64,000 bases of DNA from Chromatiaceae bacterium (GTDB lineage: Bacteria; Pseudomonadota; Gammaproteobacteria; SZUA-140): assembly GCA_003232725.1 (NCBI GenBank), contig QIJH01000218.1:3429-67428 (forward strand), in the 5' to 3' direction. Positions 24,507 through 35,056 of the stretch are shown piece by piece. The position numbers and the translations under genes are program-made. Position 1 is the first letter of the stretch. The number at the start of each line of letters is the position of its first letter. The notes beneath the pieces were generated by a model. That model saw only the letters and a program-made list of their open reading frames with translations, was not told the DNA's origin and ran no database searches.

Positions 24507-25249
24507 TCAGAATTTATAACCTTTATGCAACGCATAAACTCACAACGCTCAAAGCCTGCCGCTTGCATCATCCCCTTCAACGTCTCTTGATCAGGGTGCA
24601 TGCGAATTGATTCAGCAAGATAACGATAGCTATCTTCATCGTTGGCAATCAACTTTCCCATCAACGGTAATAATTTAAACGAGTAGGTATCATAAACCGG
24701 CTTAAGCGCGTCCATCGGCTTTGAGAATTCCAGCACCATCAAACGCCCACCGGGTTTCAACACACGGTAGATCGATGCCAGTGCTGCATCTTTATCAGTC
24801 ACGTTACGCAAGCCAAATGAGATACTGGCAAAATTAAAATAATTATCGGGAAAGGGCAGCGCCTCGGCATTCGCCTGCACATATTCGATGTTTCCAACAA
24901 TGCCACGATCGGTCAAACGCTCACGCCCCACCTTTAACATATTGGGATTGATGTCTGATGCCACCACCTTACCTTCTGACCCCACCATCTTTGAAAAACG
25001 TGCCGCAAGATCACCGGTACCCGATGCGAGATCCAACACCTTATGGCCCAGGCGAACACCACTGGTATCGAGCGCGACCTTTTTCCAGATGCGATGCACA
25101 CCCATCGACATCACATCGTTCATGATGTCGTAGTTTTTGGCAACCGAATCAAATACACCCGCAACACGTTTCACTTTCTCTTTTACATCGACCTGCTCAT
25201 ACCCAAAATGAGTCGTCTCATCTGAGGTGGTGGATTGTTTATTGGTCAT
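24507..25249 (-). CDS. ubiE: ubiquinone/menaquinone C-methyltransferase UbiE (3' end frameshifted in this sequence)
   Basis: SAM-MTase motifs ([15 protein letters not shown]; [20 protein letters not shown]; [13 protein letters not shown]). After ...MQAAGFE the continuous frame reads unrelated sequence to 24332, overlapping ubiJ by 138 nt. The conserved terminus [10 protein letters not shown] is in another frame, ending at 24507-24509. The coordinates given assume the conserved stop. Confidence 0.8.
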
Positions 25250-25609
25250 CCGTCACCTTCTGGCACAATACGTTCATGCCCGGCATCAATAAGACGCTGT
25301 AGATATGCCTGCCACATCGCTTCTTGATTCTGCCCCACACGGTAAAGGAACTCCCACGAAAAAAGCCCCGTGTTATGGCCATCATCAAAGTGAAGTTTCA
25401 CCGCATAAGCGCCAATCGGCTCAATCTCTGTAATATTGACCGCCTCTTTACCCACCTGCAGTGTCTCTTGCCCCACACCATGCCCCTGTACCTCAGAATT
25501 CACACGGCAAACGAAACTCTGCGCCGTTATTAAAGATCACTTCCAGCACCCGTGATTTTTGGTGCAGGCGAATATCGGTCGGGCGATGTTTTTTTGTTTG
25601 TACAGTCAT
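25246..25609 (-). pseudogene. DUF971 family protein, split between two frames
   Basis: N-terminal 38 codons (MTVQTKKHRPTDIRLHQKSRVLEVIFNNGAEFRLPCEF*, 25493-25609, AAGAG RBS) and C-terminal 85 codons (GTG at 25503: NSEVQGHGVGQETLQVGKEAVNITEIEPIGAYAVKLHFDDGHNTGLFSWEFLYRVG...). Together they make a normal-length DUF971, but in different frames. About six codons (LRVYSP-like) seem to be missing at the junction. Confidence 0.55.
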
Positions 25610-25630
25610 CTATTTCAATACTCTTAACAA

Positions 25631-26974
25631 TTAAAGGATATAACGGCTTAAATCTTCATCCTCAACCAGCTTACCAAGATGCAATTCAACATAATCGACA
25701 TCGATCGTGACGCTAGTACCAGAAAGATCGGATGCCTCATAAGACAGCTTTTCAAGCAGACGTTCCAGTACCGTATGCAAACGACGCGCACCGATATTTT
25801 CAGTTCGCTCATTCACCTGCCATGCCACTTCCGCCACGCGCGCAATCCCATCGGTCGTAAATTCAACAGTCAACCCTTCCGCTTCAAGCAGCGCGTTATA
25901 TTGCTCCGTAAGCGATGCATTAGGCTCAGTCAGAATACGCACAAAATCACCGACCGATAGCGCACTCAATTCAACACGAATCGGTAAACGTCCCTGCAGT
26001 TCAGGCACAAGATCAGAAGGTTTAGCAAGATGAAAGGCTCCGGAGGCAATAAACAGAATATGATCTGTTTTGATCATGCCAAACTTGGTCGAAACGGTAC
26101 AACCCTCAACCAACGGCAAGAGATCACGCTGCACCCCTTCGCGCGAGATATCTGCTCCACCGCCACCACCGCTATCACTGCGCTTGGTGATCTTATCGAT
26201 CTCATCAATAAAGACGATGCCATGCTGCTCGGCACGCTCTAGCGCTGCAGCCTTAATGCCCTCTTCATCCAGCAACTTAGCAGCCTCTTCTTCGCGCAAC
26301 ACGTTAAACGCTTCACGAATCGGCAGGCGTTGTTTCTTAGTGCGCTGGTTACCCATATTTTGAAACAATCCCTGCAGCTGACTGCTCATATCTTCCATAC
26401 CGGGCGGGGCCATAATTTCAACCCCTGCAGCACCCATGCTTACTTCGATTTCAATCTCTTTATCATCAAGGTCGCCTTCACGCAGTTTTTTACGGAATTT
26501 TTGACGTGTCGAGGAGCTATCACCAGTGCGCTGCACCGCACCATCAGCACCACGCGCAGGCGGTAACAAAATATCAAGAATACGCTCCTCCGCCGCATCT
26601 TCTGCACGATGCTTCATTTTCTTCATTTCAGTTTCACGCGTCAGCTTAATTGACACTTCCACCAGATCCCGGATGATCGATTCAACATCACGCCCAACAT
26701 AACCGACCTCAGTAAACTTGGTCGCTTCGACTTTGATAAATGGTGCATTCGCCAGCCTTGCAAGACGACGGGCAATCTCGGTTTTACCCACACCGGTCGG
26801 ACCGATCATTAAAATATTTTTCGGCGTCACTTCGTTACGCAGTTCTTCATTACTGATCTGTGCACGACGCCAGCGATTTCTCAGCGCAATCGCCACTGCA
26901 CGCTTCGCATCGTTTTGACCGATAATATGTTTGTCCAGTTCCTGGACGATCTCTCTAGGTGTCATTTCAGACAT
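25631..26974 (-). CDS. hslU: ATP-dependent protease ATPase subunit HslU
   Basis: [37 protein letters not shown]...[19 protein letters not shown]...[11 protein letters not shown]. 447 aa. Confidence 0.95.
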   Translation of the reverse strand: MSEMTPREIVQELDKHIIGQNDAKRAVAIALRNRWRRAQISNEELRNEVTPKNILMIGPTGVGKTEIARRLARLANAPFIKVEATKFTEVGYVGRDVESIIRDLVEVSIKLTRETEMKKMKHRAEDAAEERILDILLPPARGADGAVQRTGDSSSTRQKFRKKLREGDLDDKEIEIEVSMGAAGVEIMAPPGMEDMSSQLQGLFQNMGNQRTKKQRLPIREAFNVLREEEAAKLLDEEGIKAAALERAEQHGIVFIDEIDKITKRSDSGGGGGADISREGVQRDLLPLVEGCTVSTKFGMIKTDHILFIASGAFHLAKPSDLVPELQGRLPIRVELSALSVGDFVRILTEPNASLTEQYNALLEAEGLTVEFTTDGIARVAEVAWQVNERTENIGARRLHTVLERLLEKLSYEASDLSGTSVTIDVDYVELHLGKLVEDEDLSRYIL

Positions 26975-27024
26975 CGATTTCTATTCCCGCTAGTAATTTA
27001 ATAGTGATGTGAGTTGTCAAATGA

Positions 27025-27567
27025 CTAGTCAGCATCCAGTTCTTCAATGGTGAGATTGCTATTGGTAAAAACACAAATATCTGCCGCAATCCCCAACCCT
27101 TTTTCAACGATGGTGCGCGCATCATGCTCACTGTTTTCCAGCAGGGCACGTGCCGCCGCCTGTGCAAATGGCCCACCAGAACCAATCGCCATCAGGCTGT
27201 TTTCAGGCTCGATCACATCACCATTCCCGGTAATGATCAATGAGGTCTCTTTGTCCGCCACCACCAGCAGCGCCTCAAGACGGCGCAGCATACGATCGGT
27301 ACGCCAGTCCTTCGCCAGTTCTACCGCAGAGCGCGTCAAATTACCGGAATGTTTTTCCAGCTTCGCTTCAAAGCGTTCAAACAGGGTGAAGGCATCGGCT
27401 GTACCACCGGCAAAACCAGCGATCACACGACCATCATAGAGACGACGCACCTTACGCGCATTGCCCTTCATCACCGTATTGCCCATCGACACCTGGCCAT
27501 CACCACCGACAACAACCTTGCCGTTGCGACGCACCGATAAAATAGTGGTTCCGCGAAATTGCTCCAA
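27025..27567 (-). CDS. hslV: ATP-dependent protease subunit HslV
   Basis: [37 protein letters not shown]...[20 protein letters not shown] start gives a short MEQFRG leader before the catalytic Thr-Thr. Confidence 0.9.
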   Translation of the reverse strand: MEQFRGTTILSVRRNGKVVVGGDGQVSMGNTVMKGNARKVRRLYDGRVIAGFAGGTADAFTLFERFEAKLEKHSGNLTRSAVELAKDWRTDRMLRRLEALLVVADKETSLIITGNGDVIEPENSLMAIGSGGPFAQAAARALLENSEHDARTIVEKGLGIAADICVFTNSNLTIEELDAD

Positions 27568-27752
27568 AACTAAAAACTCCCGAAAATTACGCTACCCGTG
27601 ACCAACCACGAAGAATTTGAACCTGAGATTGTACACCATCCCTGATCCCGCGAGAAAACTGGAAAAATGGCGCAATACGCGAATGGCACTTATCTTAAGC
27701 GCTCCCCGTCATTGCGGCCTGCTGTTAGCTGAAATCTATTCTTACCTCGCAT

Positions 27753-28721
27753 TTATTCCTTATCAGAGGTCGAGGGAGAGCGCTTTTTCGCCCGCGGATG
27801 CGCCTTGTCGTAGACCCTGGCAAGATGCTGAAAATCAAGATGGGTATAGATCTGCGTGGTGCTGATATCTGCATGGCCGAGCAGTTCCTGCACCGCACGC
27901 AGGTCTCCACTCGATTCCAGCATATGGCTGGCAAAGCTATGGCGTAACATATGAGGGTGCAGTGCCTCGGGCAAACCACGCTGTATCGCCCACTCACGCA
28001 AGCGCAGCTGAATCGCGCGATGCCCCAGCCGACGGCCCGCTTTACCCACAAAAAGCGCTGGATTATCAACATCAACCCATCCAGCGCGACATTGCAGCCA
28101 CTTATTCAGTGCTGCCAGCGCATATCGGCCAACCGGCACAATGCGGGTTTTACTGCCCTTACCAGTGATACGCACTACCGCATCGCGCCGGTCGATATCG
28201 TTAATATTTAATCCTGCCAGCTCCGCCAATCGCAGGCCTGACGAATAGATCAACTCCATCATGGTACGATCACGCAGCGCCAGCGGATCATTGTTATCGA
28301 CATTCAGTAACTGGCTCACCTGATCAACATCCAGCGTCTTCGGCAGCTTGCGCGCTGTTTTTGGCGCACTCACCCCCAACACCGGGTTGTTTTTCACCAC
28401 CCCTTCCCGCAGTAGATAATTGAAGAGTGTACGCAGTGCACAGAGCAGGCGCTGCAAACTGCGCCCACCAAGCCCACGACGGTGCAACTGCGCCACCACC
28501 CCACGCACATGATGTACATCTAGCCGCTGCCAACTATCGATTTCGTGCTCGTGGCAATAACAGACGACCTTTTGCAGATCACGGCGGTAGTTTTCCAACG
28601 TCAGCGGCGAAAGGCGGCGTTCGTTTTGTAGATAATCAAAAAAGGCCTCACCCCCATCAAACAGGGGATAGGCCTTTTGATCTGCAACCTTATCGGCCAT
28701 TAGGAGAGCATTAAATTTCAT
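27753..28721 (-). CDS. xerC: tyrosine recombinase XerC
   Basis: RLSPLTLENYRRDLQ... core-binding domain. Catalytic R..HxxR..Y region (LRHSFASHMLESSGDLRAVQELLGHADISTTQIYTHL). dapF-yigA-xerC synteny. The true start may be the Met at 28700. Confidence 0.88.
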   Translation of the reverse strand: MKFNALLMADKVADQKAYPLFDGGEAFFDYLQNERRLSPLTLENYRRDLQKVVCYCHEHEIDSWQRLDVHHVRGVVAQLHRRGLGGRSLQRLLCALRTLFNYLLREGVVKNNPVLGVSAPKTARKLPKTLDVDQVSQLLNVDNNDPLALRDRTMMELIYSSGLRLAELAGLNINDIDRRDAVVRITGKGSKTRIVPVGRYALAALNKWLQCRAGWVDVDNPALFVGKAGRRLGHRAIQLRLREWAIQRGLPEALHPHMLRHSFASHMLESSGDLRAVQELLGHADISTTQIYTHLDFQHLARVYDKAHPRAKKRSPSTSDKE

Positions 28722-29469
28722 CCCCGGCAGAGAGATGCGGGCGCAATTTACGAGTGATCAACGCACCCAGGTATTTAAGGAACACCGTGCCCACACCGGC
28801 ACAAAAACGCCCGGCATCTTTACTGCCAATCGCCAGCACACCCAGCGACACAGCCGCACTATCGCCTTTATCCCCCATCATCAAGGGCAGCTGTGCAACT
28901 GAACGAATGCCACTCTCTTGTGCGCTATCAAACAAGCAGGCCAATTCCGCATCGGTTAACACCCCGCAGGCAGGCTCGTCACCTTGGGTCAGATCTGCCA
29001 GTTTTTTAAACTGTTCGTCCTCCCGAGAGACAAACCTCACCTGCAGATCACCAATCAGGTCACTCTCCAGCGAAAGCGATGCCGGGTCAGCAAACAGGCA
29101 TAAGGAGACGCCATCGGCATTAAAGTCATCTTTAAGGCTCTGTTGGATCAGCGTTAACAGCGCCCCCAGCTCGTTGGTCTCCAGCAGCGCCAGCACCAGC
29201 TTTTGCAGCTTCACCATCAACACATCATTCACTCGTGCCACATCTATCAGTTCAGCCAACTGTTGTTGGTAACCTCCATTCTGCTCACGCAAAATGGCCA
29301 CCTGTCGCTCGATCAGCGAGACCGAAGCACCAGTGGTATGCGTCACCACCATTGTCGCCAACAGATCATCGCGGTCATTAAAAAACCCAGGGTTAGCGGC
29401 CAGATAATCCGCCACCGCTTTATCATCAATGGTTGGAATTTCGGCATTCTGATTTTGCTGCACACTCAT
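28711..29469 (-). CDS. DUF484 family protein (YigA-like, GAF-like fold)
   Basis: 252 aa. AVADYLAANPGFFNDRDDLLATMVVTHTTGASVSLIERQVAILREQN... conserved between dapF and xerC. Confidence 0.8.
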   Translation of the reverse strand: MSVQQNQNAEIPTIDDKAVADYLAANPGFFNDRDDLLATMVVTHTTGASVSLIERQVAILREQNGGYQQQLAELIDVARVNDVLMVKLQKLVLALLETNELGALLTLIQQSLKDDFNADGVSLCLFADPASLSLESDLIGDLQVRFVSREDEQFKKLADLTQGDEPACGVLTDAELACLFDSAQESGIRSVAQLPLMMGDKGDSAAVSLGVLAIGSKDAGRFCAGVGTVFLKYLGALITRKLRPHLSAGDEI

Positions 29470-30294
29470 AATTCGATTGTACCTTCATATACATGGGTAG
29501 CGGGACCTGTCATCCGCACCGAACTTTCATCACCAGCCCATCTTACCCAAAGCGAACCACCCGGTAAATCGACCAGCACCTCATCTTCCAATACCCCCCA
29601 ACGACGACCAACCGCTACCGCCGCACAGGCACCCGTTCCGCAAGCAAGCGTCTCACCCGCGCCGCGCTCAAACACCCGCAGGCGAATATGACGAGGGTCA
29701 ACCACCTCCATAAAACCCACATTAACACGCTCAGGGAATTTTACATGCGCCTCAATCTGCGGTCCAAGGCGCGCTACGGGCGCATCATCAATTGATGCCA
29801 CCTGCAATACCGCATGTGGATTACCCATCGACACCACACCGATCTCGTAAACGGCATCGTCAATATCAATCATATAGCGCGGCGCTTCCACCTCCGCAAC
29901 AAATGGGATTTCAATAGGCACAAACTGCGGCGCGCCCATATCAACTGTCACCTGACCATTGTTTTCCATCATTAGCTGAATAATACCGCCAGAGACCTCC
30001 ACCAATATCTGCGATTTTTTACTCAAATCATGCTCTCGCACATAACGGGCAAAACAGCGTGCACCGTTGCCACACTGCCCCACTTCACCGCCATCCGCAT
30101 TAAAGATGCGATAGCGAAAGTCCGCTTCTGCAGATTGAGCCGCTTCCAGCAGTAATAGCTGGTCACAACCCACCCCAATATGACGATCAGCAATAAAGCG
30201 GATCTGTGCCGCAGACAACGTAATTTCCTGATTGATCGCATCAATCACCACGAAATCGTTACCCAACCCATGCATTTTGCTAAATTTGATCACG
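29466..30294 (-). CDS. dapF: diaminopimelate epimerase DapF
   Basis: IKFSKMHGLGNDFVVIDAINQ...GNGARCFARYV (Cys73-like)...ACGTGACAAVAV (Cys217-like). Start set to GTG at 30294 (or ATG at 30276); the ORF track extends further upstream. Confidence 0.9.
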
Positions 30295-30424
30295 TTTTTC
30301 CGAGCACCTTTAATACTTTTGCCGAGTATACCCTGTAAGAGCAGCCTGTTTAAATCATTTGCTATAACACATTCCAATGTCAATAACGCTCACTCAATTC
30401 CAGCCAAACATCTATAATCCAGTC

Positions 30425-31162
30425 ATGACTCACACCATTGAACCTATCGGCATCGTCCACTCCTGCTTCAAGGAGCTCTTCGGCATCCCACGACAGCCAG
30501 GTCTGGTAAAAGCCGCACGCGGCACGATTAAATTTCATCCACCATTCAATCGTGCCGAGGCATTTAGCGGACTGGAAGGTATCTCTCATCTTTGGGTCAC
30601 CTTTGTGTTTCACAAAAGCCTTAACAACGAGACAAGCCTGACGGTGCGCCCACCACGCAAAGAAGGAAAACGGATGGGGGTGTTCGCGACACGCGCACCG
30701 AACCGGCCAAACCAGCTTGGCCAATCGGTCGTTGAACTCGAACGGATTGAGACGCGCAATGGAAAAACCATCTTACATATAAAAGGGCTTGACCTGATCC
30801 AAGGGACACCGGTGATCGATATCAAACCTTACATCCCTTATGTCGATTCAATCCCCAGCGCTCACGGGGGATTTGCGCATCTTGCGCCAGAACAACGATT
30901 GCAGGTTAGCTTTAGTGACAAGGCCAACCGACAGGTTGACTTATTTGAAAAGCAGCACCCGCAACTGCGCCAGTTAATTTCAGATATGCTGCAATACGAC
31001 CCTCGTCCTGTTTATGTGCGTAAACTTGCCAATAAAAAACAGTTTGGATTTTTTCTTTATGATTTAGATGTGAAGGTTGAGATTCTGGATAAAGGAATGG
31101 TGCAAGTCTGCAGTATTATACTTTCTGCACAGGCGGCAGAGCACGCTTGCTCCGCCCCCTAG
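30425..31162 (+). CDS. trmO: tRNA (N6-threonylcarbamoyladenosine37-N6)-methyltransferase TrmO (YaeB/TsaA family)
   Basis: IEPIGIVHSCFKELFGIPRQPGLVKAARGTIKF...GISHLWVTFVFHK...MGVFATRAPNRPNQLGQSVVEL...GLDLIQGTPVIDIKPYIPY matches YaeB. Start set at MTHTIEP. Confidence 0.85.
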   Translation: MTHTIEPIGIVHSCFKELFGIPRQPGLVKAARGTIKFHPPFNRAEAFSGLEGISHLWVTFVFHKSLNNETSLTVRPPRKEGKRMGVFATRAPNRPNQLGQSVVELERIETRNGKTILHIKGLDLIQGTPVIDIKPYIPYVDSIPSAHGGFAHLAPEQRLQVSFSDKANRQVDLFEKQHPQLRQLISDMLQYDPRPVYVRKLANKKQFGFFLYDLDVKVEILDKGMVQVCSIILSAQAAEHACSAP

Positions 31163-31260
31163 TACACCCAGCAGCCAAAAACCACGACATTGAAAGTTAA
31201 CGATAAATGTCGTTATTCGGCCCCATGTTCCTGTGTGGAGACGAATAACTCATCGATACC

Positions 31261-32094
31261 TCAAGTTTTCCAGTCAGGTACAACACCCTCGTCCATCATT
31301 TTGCTATTTTCGTTATAAATAAGCACTGTATCCGCGCTGATCATCTCAGGGTCAGCCACTGTCAACGCATATTCACCCACCAACGTACCATCGCCATGAA
31401 TCGTATTGGCTGGTGTATAGAGGGCATAGTTAAATGGAATTTGAAATGCGGTAAAGTTAAATTCATCTGCTGAGATTCGCTTTCCAATCACAATATAGCC
31501 ACCGCACTTTTCGGAGGTTGGAATATGCAGATGCGGAAAATCATGCGTCTCGATAAAAATTCCACCACCGCCATGAAGCTTCATCAGAAACTCTTTTTTA
31601 TAATTCTCTTTGTAGTCATACTTCATCAATACGATATCACATTTAGCGGTGGTGATAGTCAATCCATGGTTGTTTTCAATTAACTCAAGGCCGTAGTACT
31701 TCACATTTTCCGGTGTGGCCAACACTGTCGGAATATTAAATCCATCCGGAACCAGCAACGCGCCCAGGCCACTAAACACATTAGCACTAGAGCCGGCAAT
31801 TACCTTAATCCCTTTTTCTTTCACCTCTTTTTCGGTGTACCAGGTTGCCGCAACATTCACCATTTTCGGTATCGTATCATCCCGCTCAATACCTCTTTTG
31901 GAAGCCACATCAATCTTCCAACAAGGAACACCCTTCTCAATCAATGTCATACCGGCATCAGTCGTCATTGCAGTGACGCTTTTATCGGGCTTGCCATCTT
32001 TCACCGCATAACACGCAATATCAACACTTTTTAGTATCTCGTCAGCTTTCTCTGTTCTTGTAAAATAGACGGGGAAATCAAACGCTTCACTCAT
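31261..32094 (-). CDS. hypothetical protein (278 aa), AT-rich gene
   Basis: Starts MSEAFDFPVYFTRTEKADEILK.... Contains LHGGGGIFIETHDFPHLHIP. No family recognised. Composition visibly more AT-rich than neighbours. Confidence 0.5.
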   Translation of the reverse strand: MSEAFDFPVYFTRTEKADEILKSVDIACYAVKDGKPDKSVTAMTTDAGMTLIEKGVPCWKIDVASKRGIERDDTIPKMVNVAATWYTEKEVKEKGIKVIAGSSANVFSGLGALLVPDGFNIPTVLATPENVKYYGLELIENNHGLTITTAKCDIVLMKYDYKENYKKEFLMKLHGGGGIFIETHDFPHLHIPTSEKCGGYIVIGKRISADEFNFTAFQIPFNYALYTPANTIHGDGTLVGEYALTVADPEMISADTVLIYNENSKMMDEGVVPDWKT

Positions 32095-32216
32095 ACAGCC
32101 TTTCCTCCTTAATACAGGTTTTCGGAATATTATACAAATCATATATATCTCACTGTGCTATGATCTCTGCCACGGGTAAATCAGTCATATTCTAATATTT
32201 TTGCAAATGGTTCTAA

Positions 32217-33173
32217 TTGCAGTCAAGACGAAAAATGCGTGACCAAAATGAAATGGAAATTGATGATTCCGTCTATAAAACACTCCTGGAATCGACAAAT
32301 GCAATTCCATGGAAGATCGACTGGCAGAGCAAAAAGTTTACTTATATCGGCCCACAAATTGAATCCTTACTCGGGTGGTCAACATCAAGCTGGCACAGCG
32401 TTAACGACTGGGTTGAACGCATGCATCCTGACAACAGAGAATCTGTGGTTAATTTTTGCATTGCTCAATCACAGGCAGGCAACGACCATGAAGTGGATTA
32501 CCGCGCCCGAACAAAGGATGGCGGCTACATCTGGATTCGAGATGTCGTTCATGTCATTCGTAAAAATAACGAAGTTGAATCAATCATCGGCTTCATGTTT
32601 GATATTAGCGAACGAAAGAAAATTGAAGAGAAACTCATTCACCTACAAAAAGAACTCGAAGAACTCTCTTATAAAGACGCCCTCACCAACATCGCAAACC
32701 GCCGCATGTTCGATTCCATTCTCAAACGAGAATGGGCCAGCGCACAACGAAACCAGCAACCGATCGCACTCATCCTGCTAGATATCGACTTCTTTAAAGA
32801 GTACAACGATCACTACGGGCACATCATGGGTGACGACTGCCTGAAACAGGTCGCCAGGATATTAAGTAACGTCGCAACCAGGCCGCGAGACTTTGTGGCG
32901 CGCTTTGGCGGCGGGGAATTTGTGCTCGTTCTCTCTGATACGGATGAGGCATCAGCAATCAAAATCGCTGAAGAATGCCGCCGCGAAATCACTCAACATG
33001 CCATTCCTCACGCACAGTCAACTATCGGCCAAATACTCACCATTAGTGCAGGTGCGGGTGCCATCACACCATTAAAAAACGCTTGTCAAAAATATTTCAT
33101 CAGGCAAATCGACACCCTGCTCTATAAAGCGAAACTTCGCGGCAGGAATTGCGTTATCCACAAAGCATCATGA
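32217..33173 (+). CDS. PAS-domain protein with degenerate GGDEF domain (RFGGGEF)
   Basis: PAS fold (LLESTNAIPWKIDWQSKKFTYIGPQIESLLGW...DGGYIWIRDVV) then GGDEF domain (LTNIANRRMFDSIL...LILLDIDFFKEYNDHYGHIMGDDCLKQVA...ARFGGGEFVLVL). The signature is GGGEF rather than GG[DE]EF. Confidence 0.8.
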   Translation: MQSRRKMRDQNEMEIDDSVYKTLLESTNAIPWKIDWQSKKFTYIGPQIESLLGWSTSSWHSVNDWVERMHPDNRESVVNFCIAQSQAGNDHEVDYRARTKDGGYIWIRDVVHVIRKNNEVESIIGFMFDISERKKIEEKLIHLQKELEELSYKDALTNIANRRMFDSILKREWASAQRNQQPIALILLDIDFFKEYNDHYGHIMGDDCLKQVARILSNVATRPRDFVARFGGGEFVLVLSDTDEASAIKIAEECRREITQHAIPHAQSTIGQILTISAGAGAITPLKNACQKYFIRQIDTLLYKAKLRGRNCVIHKAS

Positions 33174-33496
33174 CAACAGAAAACCCTGACGCCACATATA
33201 TTTAGAAAACGGCTAACGACCTTACATATTAATACAGCCAAAACCAAACTAAAAATACGAATCCCATCAGCACGCCAGGCTGAAAGTGGCTTAAATGCCA
33301 TCATCAATAGCAGGCTTGATTCCAACCAAAGCAACCCACTGTTAAACCCAGCCTCACGCGACAAATGTAGCGCTTCAACTCCGACCTAATAAATTGGAAA
33401 TATCAATTAGTTTTAATAAATTAATTCATTAGAGCAATTAATTAAGACGATCTATTATATGAACCAGCATCACACCAACAAACCAAGGAGATCACA

Positions 33497-34510
33497 ATGA
33501 AATACCCAATTGCTGGCATCGTTTTACTGGCATCTACGCCAGCACTCGCGTTAGACGCCATCCCCGACAGCTTTCCAACACCAATGGACAACCCAATCAG
33601 CAACGCCAAAGTAGAACTCGGCAAGCAGCTCTTTTTTGATCCGCGCCTTTCGATTGATGGCACCGTATCCTGCAACTCATGCCACAACGTGATGGCGAGC
33701 GGCACCGATAGCCGCCCTACTTCTGTTGGTGTTAACGGCCAACGCGGCGGACGTAATGCACCGACCGTGTGGAATGCTGCATTCCTTAGCACCCAGTTCT
33801 GGGATGGCCGCGCCGCGACACTGGAAGAGCAGGCAAAAGGACCACCTTTAAACCCAATCGAGATGGGCATGCCAAATGCACAGGCGGTGGTTGATCGGCT
33901 CGAAAGCATTCCCGGTTACAAGGCACAATTTAATGCCATCTTCGGCGCGGTCTCTTACGACAACATGGCAAAAGCAATTGCCAGCTATGAGCGCACACTG
34001 ATTACCATTAACAGCCCGTTTGATCGTCACATGAAAGGTGATAAAACAGCAATGTCTGACAAAGCGATCAAAGGCATGAAGCGTTTCAATACCATTGGCT
34101 GCTCTGGCTGTCACAACGGCGTTAACTTTGCGGGGCCTGCACTTGCCACCGGTACTGGTTTCTTCCAGAAATTTCCACTGTTTAACAACCCGCTTATCGC
34201 TAAATACAACTTGGCAAAAGACAAAGGGCGCTATGAAGTAACCCAGGACAACGCCGACATCAACACCTGGCGTGTGCCATCACTACGTAACATCGCCACC
34301 ACCGCACCTTACTTTCACAACGGCGCAGTTAAAACCCTTGAGGAAGCGGTACATGTAATGGCAACTAGCCAGCTTGATAAAAAATTAAGTGATGCTGAAA
34401 TCAGCGAAATCGTTGCTTTCCTGGAATCCCTCACGGGTGAGTTTCCAGCCCAGACTATGCCTAGACTTCCTGGCATTACGGGTAGCAGCCTCGTAGGTTC
34501 AATCAAGTAA
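33497..34510 (+). CDS. ccp: di-haem cytochrome c peroxidase (CcpA/MauG family)
   Basis: Signal peptide; two CxxCH motifs (CNSCH, CSGCH); ...FFDPRLS...GRNAPTVWNAAF...FWDGRA...TAPYFHNGAV conserved CCP residues. Confidence 0.9.
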   Translation: MKYPIAGIVLLASTPALALDAIPDSFPTPMDNPISNAKVELGKQLFFDPRLSIDGTVSCNSCHNVMASGTDSRPTSVGVNGQRGGRNAPTVWNAAFLSTQFWDGRAATLEEQAKGPPLNPIEMGMPNAQAVVDRLESIPGYKAQFNAIFGAVSYDNMAKAIASYERTLITINSPFDRHMKGDKTAMSDKAIKGMKRFNTIGCSGCHNGVNFAGPALATGTGFFQKFPLFNNPLIAKYNLAKDKGRYEVTQDNADINTWRVPSLRNIATTAPYFHNGAVKTLEEAVHVMATSQLDKKLSDAEISEIVAFLESLTGEFPAQTMPRLPGITGSSLVGSIK

Positions 34511-34536
34511 CCAGGTTCAACCAGGTAATACGGATC

Positions 34537-34562
34537 AGCCGACCTTCATGGTCGGCTTTTTC
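34537..34562 (+). terminator. Rho-independent terminator after ccp
   Basis: agccgacc-ttcat-ggtcggct hairpin followed by TTTTTC. Confidence 0.7.
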
Positions 34563-35056
34563 ATTCACGAAATTTCATTTAAATATGACATACTGGCAGT
34601 ACTTTATCACGAACCGCCGCCGCCCATCATAGCCTGCACTACCTGTTTCTTAAGCGGTATTTGCATCGCAGAATTGGCTCGTATCTTGAACGCCTTAATC
34701 AGATATATACGCAGACACACAATACTAGCCACAACCAAGTATCGCACATTTCTAGCGCCCCCAGCATGATTCACCATCATTGATTCTCTCACAAATAGAG
34801 TCAAAAAAATCCGACACGGCCTTACTCAAATAGCAGCGATTCTGCAACAAACCACCGCCCAGCTTCATATAAATAACGATATAAAAATTAATGGTTCTAT
34901 TCACATGGCCGCCGTAATACCACACCAAAACACCCGAAAAAACAACAATATATATAAATCTAATAGACCTTAAAGATAAAGAAGACAATTAACGATAACG
35001 AAAGCAATAGATCACAACAGCACTGACCACAATATAAATTTAAACAGCCAAACAGC

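Noticed and set aside
27568-27752. Looked for a sigma-32 heat-shock promoter upstream of hslVU
   Set aside because: Only a weak sigma-70-like TTGCGC …17… TACAAT pair could be found on the minus strand. No CTTGAAA/CCCCATnT match convincing enough to annotate.
33420-33480. Imperfect dyad ttaattcattagagcaattaattaa upstream of ccp as a possible FNR/regulator site
   Set aside because: It does not match the FNR consensus TTGAT-N4-ATCAA. It is AT-rich promoter DNA with low information, so it is left unannotated.
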